Assembly (NCBI RefSeq): GCF_018350175.1
Contig: NC_058373.1
Location: 117,554,001-117,618,000, forward strand
Origin: Felis catus
Taxonomy: Eukaryota
DNA length: 64,000 nt
Direction: 5' to 3'
In this document: positions 24,801 through 37,055 of the stretch, piece after piece
How positions within the stretch are numbered: the stretch's first letter is position 1
Layout of the letters: each line of letters begins with the position of its first letter
Made by a program: the position numbers and the translations under genes
Notes under the pieces: generated by a model
Told to the model about the DNA's origin: nothing
Database searches by the model: none
The model's input: the letters and a program-made list of their open reading frames with translations, nothing else

Positions 24801-25515
24801 GTTTTACATAAAAAAATTGACAATCAAGAACAACTATAAAAACACAATTTAGAAATACACAGGTAAATGCTAAAGGAAACAGAAGGGTAGAAAGCAGAGG
24901 TCTCTGTGAGCAGAGAGTGTGTGTTGTTGTGTGTGTGAAATCATTTTGTACTATTTTATTGTTTTAACCACATGCCTTTTGATGCAATGAAAATGTCATT
25001 CGAAAAGATAATGTGGCCGTTTACAGTATAACCGGAAAAACTAAGCTGCTTTGTGGATATAATGCTTATAATGCATTACCTCCGTATGGTCCGTCAGGAT
25101 TTTAGTCTTTGTCATACGGAAGTCTCCCAGTTGGGAACCCTTGACTGGCAGCCTGGACGGATTTGAGTGTCCTTGGTGTGACCCAGATGCCCCGAGATCC
25201 CTAGTCTCCGTGAGAGGGTGATACACACGCAGGTTTGGACCTGTGTATCAGTCAGGCTAGCGCCACCAGCGAGGGGTGCACCAGGGTCCAGGTAAAGAGT
25301 AACGTGGGGAAAAGATATAAAATGTGTACGTACGACAGCAGGAATGCAAAAAACAATAGGTTCCTCATGAGAAGAGAACAAGCATAAATAGAAACAGCTC
25401 GATTTGTCATTTTCCCTTTAACTTGGAATCCTATAAAGACAGTTACAACGTTTGTGTAAAAATGCAAGTTTTTATGGAAAACAGTGGCGTACTTTGCTTT
25501 GCTTCCCTCCTGCAG

Positions 25516-25625
25516 CTTAATTGCTTACACAGAACAGTATGTGGAATACGATCCATTGATCACGCCGGCCGAGCCGTCCAATCCCTGGATCAGCGACGAT
25601 ATCACTTTATGGGACATAGAGACGA

Positions 25626-25626
<1 letters not shown>
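25516..25626 (+). CDS. RGS6: RGS6 coding exon (~exon 13), (S)[36 protein letters not shown](S), second half of GGL domain
   Basis: Acceptor cttccctcctgcag|C and donor AG|gtaaaa; 111 nt, phase 2 to 2; GGL DPL...NPW motif. Confidence 0.97.

Positions 25627-25628
<2 letters not shown>

Positions 25629-25659
<31 letters not shown>
25629..25659 (+). repeat. A31 mononucleotide tract starting at +3 of the exon-13 donor
   Basis: Directly visible. Confidence 0.95.
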
Positions 25660-25661
<2 letters not shown>

Positions 25662-25840
25662 TTTCAATGTTCGAGAAAGAAAGAGATGTGGGGAAAAATT
25701 CATGAGATGGTGAAATTACATTATTTCCTACCTTAATTTGACGCTTTTTATCATAGAGCAGAAACCCCTCAAGTTACCTCCTGACTACGTTAAGCTCAGA
25801 CGTGGTTCTAACCCCCTATACCTTTGGTTTGTATGTGGAT

Positions 25841-26068
25841 CCTTAGTGACTTCCTCTGACCTTTCTCTGACCCTTCAGTGGCTTCCTCTGACCTTTCTCT
25901 GACCCTTTAGTGGCTTCCTCTGACCTTTCTCTGACCCTTTAGTGTCTTCCTCTGACCTTTCTCTGACCCTTTAGTGGCTTCCTCTGACCTTTCTCTGACC
26001 CTTTAGTGGCTTCCTCTGACCTTTCTCTGACCCTTTAGTGGCTTCCTCTGACCTTTCTCTAACCCTTT
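25841..26068 (+). repeat. Minisatellite, 7 x 32 bp (TTAGTGGCTTCCTCTGACCTTTCTCTGACCCT)
   Basis: AGTG recurs at 25845, 25877, 25909, 25941, 25973, 26005 and 26037. Confidence 0.97.
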
Positions 26069-26169
26069 GGATGCCATGATAACAGGGACAGTCCTTCACA
26101 TTTCCTAGTTCTCATTGCTGGAGGGAAAAAAATTCTGTGGGCCAATTTGTTCATATATGTGCAGAAACA

Positions 26170-26390
26170 ACACTAATAATAATAGGTAGCGCATACTTGG
26201 CCCTGGCCACTGAGTAAGTGTCCCACGTGGAGTCCCCACGACCAGTAAACATTATTATTCTCATCATTGAACAGATGAGGAAACTGAGACACAGAGGAGT
26301 TCATGAACTTGCTCGAGGTCACACAGCGAGCGGGTAGCAGAGTTAGGGTTAGAACCCACCTCGAGAGCTGTGGTTTTCATCGCTCTGCTC
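26170..26390 (-). mobile_element. MIR
   Basis: cagatgaggaaactgagacacagag..aacttgctcgaggtcacacagc core. Confidence 0.8.
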
Positions 26391-26810
26391 TTCAGGAGTA
26401 ACCGGAAGTAACCCTCTGCCCATGAGGGAGGCTGGTGCCTTGTACTTTAACAGCCGAGGAGCCGAAGCCCGGAGGGACTTGGACCAGCGTCACAATCACA
26501 GAGGGAAACACGCACACGTTCGGTGTGGGGGTGCCTGTGCAGCCTCCGCCCCTCGGCTAGCAGACTTTTTATTTCATTTTTCATTTCTTTGCATCTCCCT
26601 CATTCGCTTTCACTCTTGCCCTTTTTCCGCCTTCTTTTCTTGAAATGAAAAAAAAAAAACTTACAAAAAAGTAACAAAAGTCTCTTATTACTTTCATATT
26701 TTGCTTATTATAAAAAGCCCCAACTATTCAGATGTGCGTAACAAAGAAAATTCTCTCTCCCTCCGATCCAATCTCATTGTCCAGAAAGAGTCTTTGTTTA
26801 TAGTCTGATG

Positions 26811-27371
26811 CCGTGGTTCCCAAACTGCGCCATGGCAGGGAATTCACAGGGTTAGCCCGGGATATTCTAGATCTTTGAGGGAAGCGCTGTGGCGTTTGAC
26901 TTGTGTCAGATGCTGCATAAAGCACCAACTTAAGGTACTTCGCCATTTCCAACATTTCACATTACATTCCTTTCAGCGCTGTCGTATCTTTGCAAATCTG
27001 GGTTGTCAGGGCAGTTGCTACGATAAAAAGCAAGTACTTTGCAAAAACCAAAATGGAACAGAAAATGAGTATGGTGGGGTCCAGTCGGATTCCAGAGTTT
27101 GAGATAACGTGCAGTGTCCATCAGGCACACATTGTAGCTATTTAAGAATTGTGGTTATTTAAGAAAACATTATTTTTTCTTTCAATGTATAGGTACCTTA
27201 CAGCTACTAAGTTTTTAGGACATAAATATATATTAAGTCCTTTGGACCTGACTGTTTAATAAACAAAGCTATTACGTACTTTTTTTTTTTTTTTTTTTGG
27301 CCCAGGGGCACCGTGAAAAAGTTGCTGACACACTAAAAGTGCCATGGACTCAGGAAGTTTGGAAACCTTTG
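26811..27371 (+). mobile_element. hAT-Charlie non-autonomous element retaining a decayed transposase C-terminus
   Basis: TIR-like gtggttcccaaact ... agtttggaaacc. About 27011-27130 translates AVATIKSKYFAKTKMEQKMSMVGSSRIPEFEITCSVHQAH, which resembles the Charlie/Buster dimerisation-domain tail. Confidence 0.7.
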
Positions 27372-27419
27372 ATTTAGGCTCTAAAACCTTTGATTTAGAT
27401 TTTTATGTATATATAGTAT

Positions 27420-27980
27420 CATATTCTTTTGCATAAATGGATTCATTACATGTACATTGTCCCATAATTTTTAAATGAATATATCATGGTGATCTTTCTC
27501 TGTAAATGCATATAACTCCACCTTATACTCTTTAATAGCTACATAGTGAGTGTGCCCTTGTATGAGTAGAGTGTAATGTATTTAACCAACCCCTAGGTCA
27601 TAAATATTAAAATTATCTTTTTTTTTTCTGCTGTAAACAACGATGCAAGGAACATCCTCACGCACAAGTCCAATTATTACTTCAGGATAAATTTCCAGGA
27701 GTGAAACTGCTAGGACCGGCCGATATATTTTGGTTTGAGTTCACGCAGCCGAATTCCTCTCGAGCAAAATTCTAACAAACCTTTCCCATGCCCAGAGCTT
27801 AAAAGTGTCCACTTCCCACATCCTCACCATCCCAGGCATTATCGATCTTTGTCACCTTTGCAAGTGTGTTAAGCTAAAATACAAATCTCATTGCTTTTTC
27901 ATTTCTTTGAGAATCCTGTCTCATGGTCATTTGGTATTCATTTTCCTCTTGTGACTTGACTGTTTTGGGTTCTGTGCTCA
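27420..27980 (-). mobile_element. Old L1 (L1M-type) 3' fragment
   Basis: ctttaatagctacatagt..tatttaaccaacccct..aggataaatttccaggagtgaaactgctagg..ttcccacatcctcacca. Confidence 0.65.
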
Positions 27981-28253
27981 CTTGTCTCTGTGTTTTGCTT
28001 TGGACATTGGGATATCAAATGATTACATTTACTTGGATCATACATATTTTATCTTTTACCTGATATTTTATGTTTTCTGGATCTTGTTCTTTTTGTTTCT
28101 TTTCCTCTTCCCTGATTTTTGTTTTATGAATCAAATTTTGTTAGCTTTTGTTACTCTAGTTTCTACTCCAGTCATATTTACTTTTAAATTTTTAATTAAA
28201 AATGGCATCAATTCATACAAATAACATTAAAGTGTGTAAAGTAAAAAATAGAA

Positions 28254-28480
28254 GGGGCGCCTGGGTGGTTTAGTCGGTTAAGGGTCTGACTTCGGGTCAG
28301 GTCATGATCTCAGGGTTCGTGGGTTCGAGCCCTGCTTTGGGCTCTGTTCTGACAGCTCAGAGCCAAGAACTTGCTTTGGATTCTGTGTCTCCTCTCTCTC
28401 TGCCCGCCACCCCCCCCCCACTCACGCTCTATCTCTCTCTCAAAAATAAACATTAATTTTTTTTATTTAAAAAAAAATAA
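28254..28480 (+). mobile_element. CAN-SINE
   Basis: Head ggggcgcctgggtggtttagtcggttaag; A tail. Confidence 0.9.
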
Positions 28481-29339
28481 ATTTCCCTTTGCCTCTTCCA
28501 AATCCCATTCTTCTTGATAGGTGTCTTAACCTGATACATTGTAAACAAACATTTTGTGACTGACATTTCTCTGTCAGCGTTAAAAGAAAAGTAGTTTGTA
28601 GATGAGTATCTTCTTTCTAATAGTTCTGACGTGCCCTAGGTCATCCCTTCTAATCTGATCCACTGCCAGAAATTCTAATTCTAATCTCTTCTAGTCTTTT
28701 TTTAACTCAAGGTATTTTCTCTCCTTTTATTTATTTATTTTTTAATCACTACTCTTCTTTCTGTTCTATCCTCTCTTTCCAGGAAATCCTTTTGTAGAAA
28801 TTCTGAGCCTCTGAGATGGGGCAGCCATATCTCTTTATCTTTTCCCTTCTATAATTCCCATCCTGTAATCTTTCTAGTCTATGTTCAAGGGTAGAATTCC
28901 TTGAATTACTCTTCAGAGCCACCAGTTTGGTTTTCAGGGTGTCCGTTCTGTGGTTTTATACTTTAATGAGCTTTTCTTTTCCTCCTGAGTCTTGGGAGAG
29001 CTAGTTGACGATCATGCTTTCCATTTCCAAGAATTCTGAATATTTCTTGGACTCCTGTTTCTTAATACCTATTCTATTCTTTTGATATTTATCCTCTTAA
29101 ATCCCCCTGAGGGCGTGATACTGGTTTGGGTTTTGTTTTGTTGGTTGGTTGGTTGGTTGGTTGGTTTCATACTTCCCCTCTATTTCTGACACCTAGTCTG
29201 TTTCACGGTTGGGGGGGGGGGGTATTTATCACACAATCCATCACCGTGACTCTAACTGTTCAGAGCAGATCAGTCTGTCTTTTCATATTCCCAGAAATTT
29301 GGGGGACTGCTGGTTTTCCTAAGTGAAAACCAAAGTTGG

Positions 29340-29710
29340 CTATCAACTCTGGCCATATAGTAAAAACACCTGGAGAGTTTGTTTCAAAACAAAACAAAAC
29401 AAACAAACAAAAACCACAATGCCCAATCCCCTCCCGAACCCGATTAATTTCCGGCAGTGGGGCATTGGTTTGTTGTTTGTTTTTAATGTGTCCGAGTGAT
29501 TCTAAAGTGTAGCCCTGATCCAGACAGACCAGATAGTAGCTGGTGAGGACTTCCTCGGCAGCTGTGGGGTCGGTGGTTCTCAAAGCACAGGGTATAACAG
29601 AAGCACCTGGAATGCTCATTAAGAAGACAGATGCCCCAGGGTGGTTCTGGGTTTATTTTTAGCAAGTGTTCTAGACGATTCTGCGGCCCAGCAGTTTGAG
29701 AACTTCCCGT
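29340..29710. mobile_element. Two adjacent MER5-like fragments
   Basis: aacacctggagagtttgtt..gtgattctaaagtgtagcc and ggtggttctcaaag..gaagcacctggaatgct..cagtttgagaac. Confidence 0.5.
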
Positions 29711-32427
29711 GTGGTTTGCAGAGTCCCCACCTCGCTCCCCCCCCCCCCCCGCCCCCTGCAGGCTCTCCTCTGAGCAGTTCACAGGACTATAGGGCTTCAC
29801 CTGAGAGTGTTAGTGAGGAGCCGTAGGTCAGTCACCACGGACCCCTGTGAGCCCTGGCCATGTGGGCCAAGAGCAGACTGAAAGACCAGGTCCCCTCTCA
29901 GAGCGACACGGGTGGTAAAGCTCCAATTTCCCTTAGCGTGACATCCGCACAAGCCAGGTGCTCTGCTCTGTCTCAGATCCTGATGGCGTTTCTGAAATTC
30001 TGCAGTTTCCTCTCCATGGTGTTCCCAGTAGGTCCACTCTTCTCCCTTCTGCTGAGGGGTCTTAGGGAACAATCCGGTTAGATTGCAGAAGCCAATGAAA
30101 AGTAAGGGGAAAGCAGGAGTGTCTTTAGAAGTCTCCCTGCTTTGCTGAGATGCTTTTTCCCTCTATTCTTAGCTCTTCGCCCCTCGATTACAGAGGCACT
30201 ACTCTCTGGTTTTGTTACCCATATTAAGACCTGGCCAGGAAATACTCCCCATGTGCTGAGGAGACCCTCTCCTCCATAGGGACCCTTTGTTCCATATTTC
30301 TGAGTGTCTTCTATATGTCCCCTGGCCAGTGCCCACCAGCTGCCTTTGCTTCCAGTCCTGCTGCTCAGAGCTTGGGGGTTTCCCAGGCGTCTGTTGGGGA
30401 TGTAGCTAATTTCTTTTCAGATGGCCCTGGAATCCTAAGTGGTTCCCAATCAGGTGACACCAGTTCAGTCCATCTGCTTCATACCTTCCAAAAATTCCTC
30501 AGTTTTATCACCCGCTGATGGCCAATGTCTGTGCCTCTACATACTGCGGATTTGTTTGTTTTCTTTTTAATTATATTTTACTGAACTCCAGACTCTTGCC
30601 TGTCCCTTCTGCCTGGACCACTTCCTCAGAACCTCTCATGGCTGGTTTCACTTCTCAGTCAGCATGGGCGTCCCTTCATCAGAAAGGTCTTCTGTGATCA
30701 GTCACCCCGAGTGATCACCCCATCCATCCAGCTCTTCTCCACCACATCCTCCCCCTGGTTCTCTTTCTAGTTAGGACTTAACTAGGACTATGTCTGACAC
30801 ATAGTAGGCATTCAAAACACATAAGTTGGATGGAAGACAGATGAAGGAGTGACTATTTCTCTGATGATTTCATTGGTATTTGGGAATTGGGGAGGTAGGT
30901 CCATAAACATAATTCACCATAAGGACACTGGGATTTCCCCCTTCTTTCTGTAAAGACAGCAACAAAGTATGTGATCATTCGGGGAAGTGGTGGTCACCTG
31001 ACCTGTTAGTTTATCCCAGCCTGTCAGCACTTTGTCCCCAAGGGAATGCTATGTGCTCCTACAACTAGTACTCTGGTTCTGGTCTTATCGCTTAGGTTTC
31101 TACTCTAATCAGAAGACACCTAAGGCATTCTGTGTACATTCAAGCAGAGTCAAGTGATTTAGATACAAGTGAAAATAAAGAGAAGCTGTGAGGCCCTTTC
31201 TTATCCCAGCAGGACATTCCTACCCACTCAGATGCAGGCAGTGGTTAGGAACCTACCTTTGGAGAAGCACAGAGTCTGGGATCAGTGCCAACATCCTGCT
31301 TCAGCCTAGAGATGGTTCCTGCTCATGACACAAAGCCTTAAGATAACCAGTAGAATAATCAAAGGTCATTTTTTCTCAGTTTCAGCTTAATTCAATAAAT
31401 ATGAATTGAGAACTTACTGTGTGCTCAATTCCAAATAAGAAGTTCTGTCAAGACTCAAATGTAGCAAGGTGCCTTAAACATGCCCTCCCATCTCCCAGAC
31501 CGAGGATTCCTTCTCCTCTGGCAAAAGATATTGATAGGTCATTTGGGCATAAAATCAGGCTCTGAGGGCAGAGTTGTTGGCAGAGACTCAAACAACAAGG
31601 GGCAGGGCGTGTGACTTAAGGCAATGAGAAGAACGTATTTGTTGTATTTTTTGTTCCTGAGAGGGGAGACCTAAGCACAGTGAAAAGCAGGGAAGAGCAG
31701 AGTGATGGGCGAGACCAGGCCTCTGTGCAGGGCCAGGAAGAGCCCCAAGACCACAGCGTCCAAGGAGTATCAAGTATGTGATGTTTTTTAATGTCTGCTG
31801 CTGGCTGGTGCAATATGTACCCCCTTCTCAAGACCCTTGAATCTCAGCAAAGGCTTCTACCCTCCCGAACATCTCATGGGAAGGAGTTTTGGGGTGAAGA
31901 TGGGTAGAGGCTTATGGAAGAGTGAAGGCAGCAGGTAAGAAAGCAGGACTCTCCTTGGGAGCTCAAGTTAGTCTGAGGCAGGCTTTGATTTCCACTGGGC
32001 CTGGGCAAAGGGCTGCAGGCAGGCTCATTACAGTGTCCAGGACAGACAAAGTCTACATTCTACAGAGTTCAGCATACTCTCTGCCAAGTGGAGGTTACAG
32101 ATGGCCCAGTGGAAGACAGCAACAGGACTTAACAAAATAAGGGGCAAAATGATGTAGGATAGGGCATGAATAATAGAAAATTGTGCTTTAATCCTTTTTC
32201 CTTCTCAGGCAAGCTATTAGATCTAGAAATCCAAGGATGGGAAAGCATCTATTCAGGGGGCAATTAAAGACTACCCTTTTAAGGATGAGCAAGCTACACC
32301 TCAAGTCTATCTGATGGAAATTCTGAGAAATCAAGTTTAAAGAAAAGAGTGGTAGCCAGGGCTCATCATGGAGGAAAAATCAGCCAAAAGTTGCCGGGTT
32401 GCAGTTGGAGAGAACCCTGTAGTCTAA

Positions 32428-32644
32428 TTTTTTTTTTAATCTTTATTTATTTTTGAGAGAGAGAGAAAGAGACAGAGCATAAGAGGGGGAGGGGCAGAGA
32501 GAGAGGGAGACACAGAATCAGAGGCAGGCTCCAGGCTCTGAGCCATCAGCACAGATCCCGATGCGGGGCTCAAACTCACAAACTGAGAGATCATGACCTG
32601 AGCTGAAGTCGGACGCTTAACCAACTGAGCCACCCAGGTGCCCC
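32428..32644 (-). mobile_element. CAN-SINE
   Basis: TSD gagaac(c/t)ctgtagtctaa. Confidence 0.93.
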
Positions 32645-32976
32645 GAGAACTCTGTAGTCTAAATACCATCAGGAGAGTGTCTCAGGGAGGTCTCTCAGAA
32701 ATATTTCTGGTCGTGTCATTAACCAGATAGTGGATCTAACAAAAACGTGGCATTGCCAGAATTGTGGTTCATAATTTACTCTCTCCGCATGGTTTAGCTT
32801 TCTCTCTCTGCTGGGCATGAGTGAAGAGCTACAAGGAAACTGGTTTATCCTGCTTGGCCATAGTATCCGCTACCAGCCTGCCTGATCTGCTGAGTAGCAG
32901 CAACTGTCCCCAAGCTTCCTGTGCCCGGCAAGTCTGATAGAACGATTAGTCCAGGGTATTAGTCAAGTTTCTTCTC

Positions 32977-33515
32977 TGTGGTGGCCAGCCTCCAAATATG
33001 GCCCCATCCATGCCTTTCTTCATCTTATGCGTGGGTCACTTCTTACATCAAGATGGGATAGGTCCCTACTTTTTCACCTGGGCTGGTGTTGATGCCTAAT
33101 TTGACCAATAGAGTGTGGCAGAAGTAACATTCTGAGAACAGGTCATAAAGTAGCTCCGTGTCTCCTATCACAGTCATTCAAAACATTTGCTCCTGAGATA
33201 CTCCTTCTTAGAACCCATTGGCCATGCTGTGAGAATGCCAGGCCACTGAAGAGGTCATGTCATCAACAGCCCCAGCTGAGCTCCTAGCCAACAACCAGTA
33301 TCAACTGCCATGTGATGAGTTATCTTGAATGTGCAGCACAATTGAGCCTTTCAATGACCCCACCCCCAACTTCCAGCTATAACTACTTGAGAGACCCCAC
33401 ATGCAAATCACCTGGCTGAGCCCCAGTCAACCCAGGGGACAGAGAAAGAATAATCAATCACTGTTTTAAGCCAGAGTTTTAGGATGATTTGTCACAGAAC
33501 AATACATATCTGGAC
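32977..33515 (+). mobile_element. MaLR LTR (MLT1F/G/H-like)
   Basis: tgtggtggccagcctccaaatatggcccc..ttgaccaatagagtgtggcagaagt..cagccccagctgagctc..tgttttaagcca. Confidence 0.7.
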
Positions 33516-33734
33516 CACTCCCCATCAGAGTACTCAGGACCCTCAGGCTACTCCAGGGGCATAAAATAAAATTGCCATCATTCTTTCAATAGCCTTGACC
33601 CTAAAATGGCATCCTTGGATATTTGCTCTTTAAGGAACTGTCCTTTGTTTCATAATTTTTCTAAAGACTCAAAAGTCTTTTCAAGATGGCTTATGTATTT
33701 CCCCAAATCTTAGTTTAGACCTCAAATGAGGGAA

Positions 33735-33900
33735 ATGTAGTGGAAGGCAAGGTAGTAGGAAAAAAAGAACAGGCTTTAGAAATAGGCAGGCCCATGTACC
33801 GATTCCAGACTGTGTGGCTTTGGGAAATCTAACCTCTCTTGATCTCTGGACACCTAAATACAAATATCCACCTCCCTGGCATATATTGAGATTGAATATA
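33735..33900 (+). mobile_element. MIR, degenerate
   Basis: ctgtgtggctttgggaaatctaacctctcttgatctc. Confidence 0.45.
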
Positions 33901-34703
33901 GATGGCTGCTTCCTCTGAACCTGGCTTTCTCGTTCTCAATGTGGGAGATCTCTACCATGCTCTTAGGTTGGGGGATCAGCTGGAATGAAAGATGGACTCC
34001 CTTGGAGAGCCACCTGTCTTTGCTCTATATTGGTTTGGGCTGCCCAGTGGGATGTAAGAATTTGGTAAGAATCAGTGGGCACAGAGCACCAGTTAAAGAA
34101 AAGACATCCAGCTAGCAATTAGAAAATCCCATCAGGATAAGGACACATCACTCACATCACTATACACATTTTCTTATTGATTTCCGCTTAGTGTTGAACA
34201 CTTGCTGTGTGAAAATGCTATGGTGAATACAAAGATGCAGGAGGCATGGTCTCTGCCCTCAAAGGGCTCACAAGGTAGCTGGAGAGACAGTGACATACCC
34301 TTGAAAGGCTAAATGATGATGCAAATGTATGTCGTAAGGAAGCATCTCAAAACAATGGTTGGAAACAAAGGGGCTGTGAGTTCCATGAATTACTCGTTTG
34401 AGGTGGGCCGAGGGAAAGTTATTGTCCCAGTCACCTGGAGATGTTCTAATTTTCAAAATTATTTTATAACCAGAGCCCATTCAGTGGTAGCAACGTGTTC
34501 GAATCTGATCTTGAACCTTAAAGAGGATGATGCTTGGAAATACCCAAGTGATGCAAGAAACACACATTGAAAGAAGCTGAGCCAAGAAGCTCTTAATAGA
34601 ACAGATCCCAATAACCACATGTACTAGGGGGAAAAGGAGCAGATGTGGAGCCTCCACATGTAGAAGGAGGATTGTGAATAATGGATAGTTGAGGGAACCC
34701 AGA

Positions 34704-35400
34704 TGTTGAATACTGTCACCCCAAAATGCATACCCGTCCCAGAACCTCCGAATATGATTTTATTTGAAAATCAGGCTATTTCAGATGCAGGCGGTTAAGA
34801 GGAGGTCAAACTGGAGTAGGTGGGCTCCTAATCCAGGATGCCTGGTATCTTTACAGAAAGAGAAAACAGACACAGACACACATGCACAGAGTGCATGCCA
34901 CGTGAAGATAAACACACAGGGAGAGCACCGCGTGAAGACGGAGGCAGCGATTGGAGTGACGGAGGCAAGAATCCCCAAGTATTTCTGGCAACATCAGAAG
35001 CTGAGAGAAAAACACAAAACAAATTCTCCTCTAGAGCCTTCAGAGAGAAAGCCTGGCCCTGCCAACACCTTTGATTTTAGACTCTGAGCCTCCAGAAATA
35101 TGAGAGAATAAATTTCTGTTATTTTTTTTTTCAACGTTTATTTATTTTTGGGACAGAGAGAGACAGAGCACGAACGGGGGAGGGGCAGAGAGAGAGGGAG
35201 ACACAGAATCGGAAACAGGCTCCAGGCTCTGAGCCATCAGCCCAGAGCCTGACGCGGGGCTCCAACTCCCGGACCGCGAGATCGTGACCTGGCTGAAGTC
35301 GGACGCTTAACCAACTGTGCCACCCAGGCGCCCCTAAATTTCTGTTATTTTAAGGCACCCAGTTTGTTGGTACTTTCTTATGGCCACCCTAGGAAACTAC
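34704..35400 (+). mobile_element. MaLR LTR (MLT1B/C-like), interrupted by a SINE
   Basis: ccccaaaatgcata..agaacctccgaatatgattttatttgaaaat..ctagagccttcagagaga..ccctaggaaacta. Confidence 0.75.
35122..35334 (-). mobile_element. Young SINEC_Fc-like CAN-SINE
   Basis: TSD taaatttctgttatttt. Confidence 0.95.
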
Positions 35401-36322
35401 GGTATCCGGGTGCCCTCTCTATAGACCACCTTATTTCTGCTGAAGTCTGACCTTGCATCTCTCTGGATGTCCTCATCTCTGTCCTATGTCTCTGATGACG
35501 CATCTAACATGACAGTCCAAGCTTCCTAGCCTGCCCCCAAAACGACCTTTCTCCCACCCATGATACCACCAAGTAACCTGGTAGGATGAATGTGGACCCG
35601 CTGCTTGGGTACCAGAAAATGGTGACACTAGCCGTGTGTATACATGAGGCAGTCACTACAAAAATGGAGTGACTTTCTACACCCAGCTCCTGGGGAACAG
35701 CTTTCCATCAGGGTGAAGCTTCCACCAGCGCTACAAGTTTGGCAGGCAAAGAGCAAATGGTGGAGCCCGTTCCAGCTCACAGCAGGACCCCGGCAGAAAG
35801 AGGCAACGTGCCGCGGTTCTCTGGGACTCACATCTGCTGCTAGCCTCAACCTCAGGGGACTTCTCCATAAACAGTAGTTTCTGTCCCCTGGCAAGCTAGC
35901 AAGTGTGATGGGTTGTGTGGCTTGAGTTCGAGAGAATCCAGGCTCTGTCTTCTTGTCTTGTTGTAAAAGGCCCGGCCTGGAACTTTGGAAGAGATGTTTC
36001 ACAGAAGTCCCCAGGCTTGACCGGATGGGCTTGGTCCTTCCACTGTGACCCTGCTGGGCTAAGCCTGGCGGTACAGAGTTGTGCACAAGATTCTCCCAAG
36101 CCCCAAGCATACAATCTCAGAGTTGGAAGACGCTCCTGCTGGTGATTATGCCCAGCAGTGCAGAAATAGAAGGGTTGGGCTTGAATCACTTCGGTCCAGA
36201 GCTACGCCTTCCAATACAGTAGTCATAGCTACATGTGGCCACTGAAGTGTGAACTTTAATGATTTAAATTTGAAATATAATTTAAAATTCAGTTCGCCAG
36301 ATCAATACTCCTCAAAGTTTGG

Positions 36323-36533
36323 TGTTTTTTTTTAATTTTTATTTTTGAGAGGAAGAGAGAGAGAGAGCATGTGTGAGTGGGAGAAGGGCAGAGACAGAGG
36401 GGGAGACAGAGGATCCGTAGCAGGGTCTGTGCTGACATCAGCGAGCCCGATGTGGGGCTCGAACTCATGAACTGCAAGATCATGACCTGAGCTGAAGTTG
36501 GACGCTCAACTGAGGGAGCCGCCCAGGTGCCCT
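36323..36533 (-). mobile_element. CAN-SINE
   Basis: TSD ctcct(c/t)aaagtt. Confidence 0.9.
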
Positions 36534-36814
36534 GCTCCTTAAAGTTGAATGAGCGCTAAAATCACCCAGAGATCTTGTTGGGCTGGGGATTCTGAATCCA
36601 CACGCCTGAGGTGCGGCCTGAGATTCCACTGCTGGCCCACAGACCACTCCTTGCGTGGGCGGTTATAGCACGCGGCTTGCGAACTAGGACCCTATTGCTG
36701 CCTGAAGGGTCAGGCGGATAAATACACAAGTGAACTGCAAATGGAAAGACAGAGCTGAAGGAAATGGTCTGAGGAAGATCACGTGGTTTGAGGAGGGTCA
36801 CATGGGCGTGAGTC

Positions 36815-37055
36815 AGCACAGCGAGGTTAAGAGCTGCACTCTGGAGCCACACCATCCAGACCCGTCTTGACTCCATCACTTCCTAGTGTGTCCCTGGGCA
36901 AATGACCGCTAGACCTCAGTTTCTCTATCTGTATAATGGGGACAGTACCAGTACATTTTTCACAGAGCAGTAGTGAGGACTCTGTGAGTTAGCAGAGTTA
37001 AGATGCTTGAAACAATGCCCAAAACATCAATAAACACGAAGCAGGTGGTTGTTAA
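36815..37055 (+). mobile_element. MIR
   Basis: ggttaagagctgcactctggagcca..ctgggcaaatgac..cctcagtttctctatctgtataatggg. Confidence 0.8.

Noticed and set aside
25841..26068. CRISPR-like appearance of the 32-bp repeat (also the 20-bp repeat at 47058-47396)
   Set aside because: Units are head-to-tail with no unique spacers and no cas genes, and the context is a mammalian intron.
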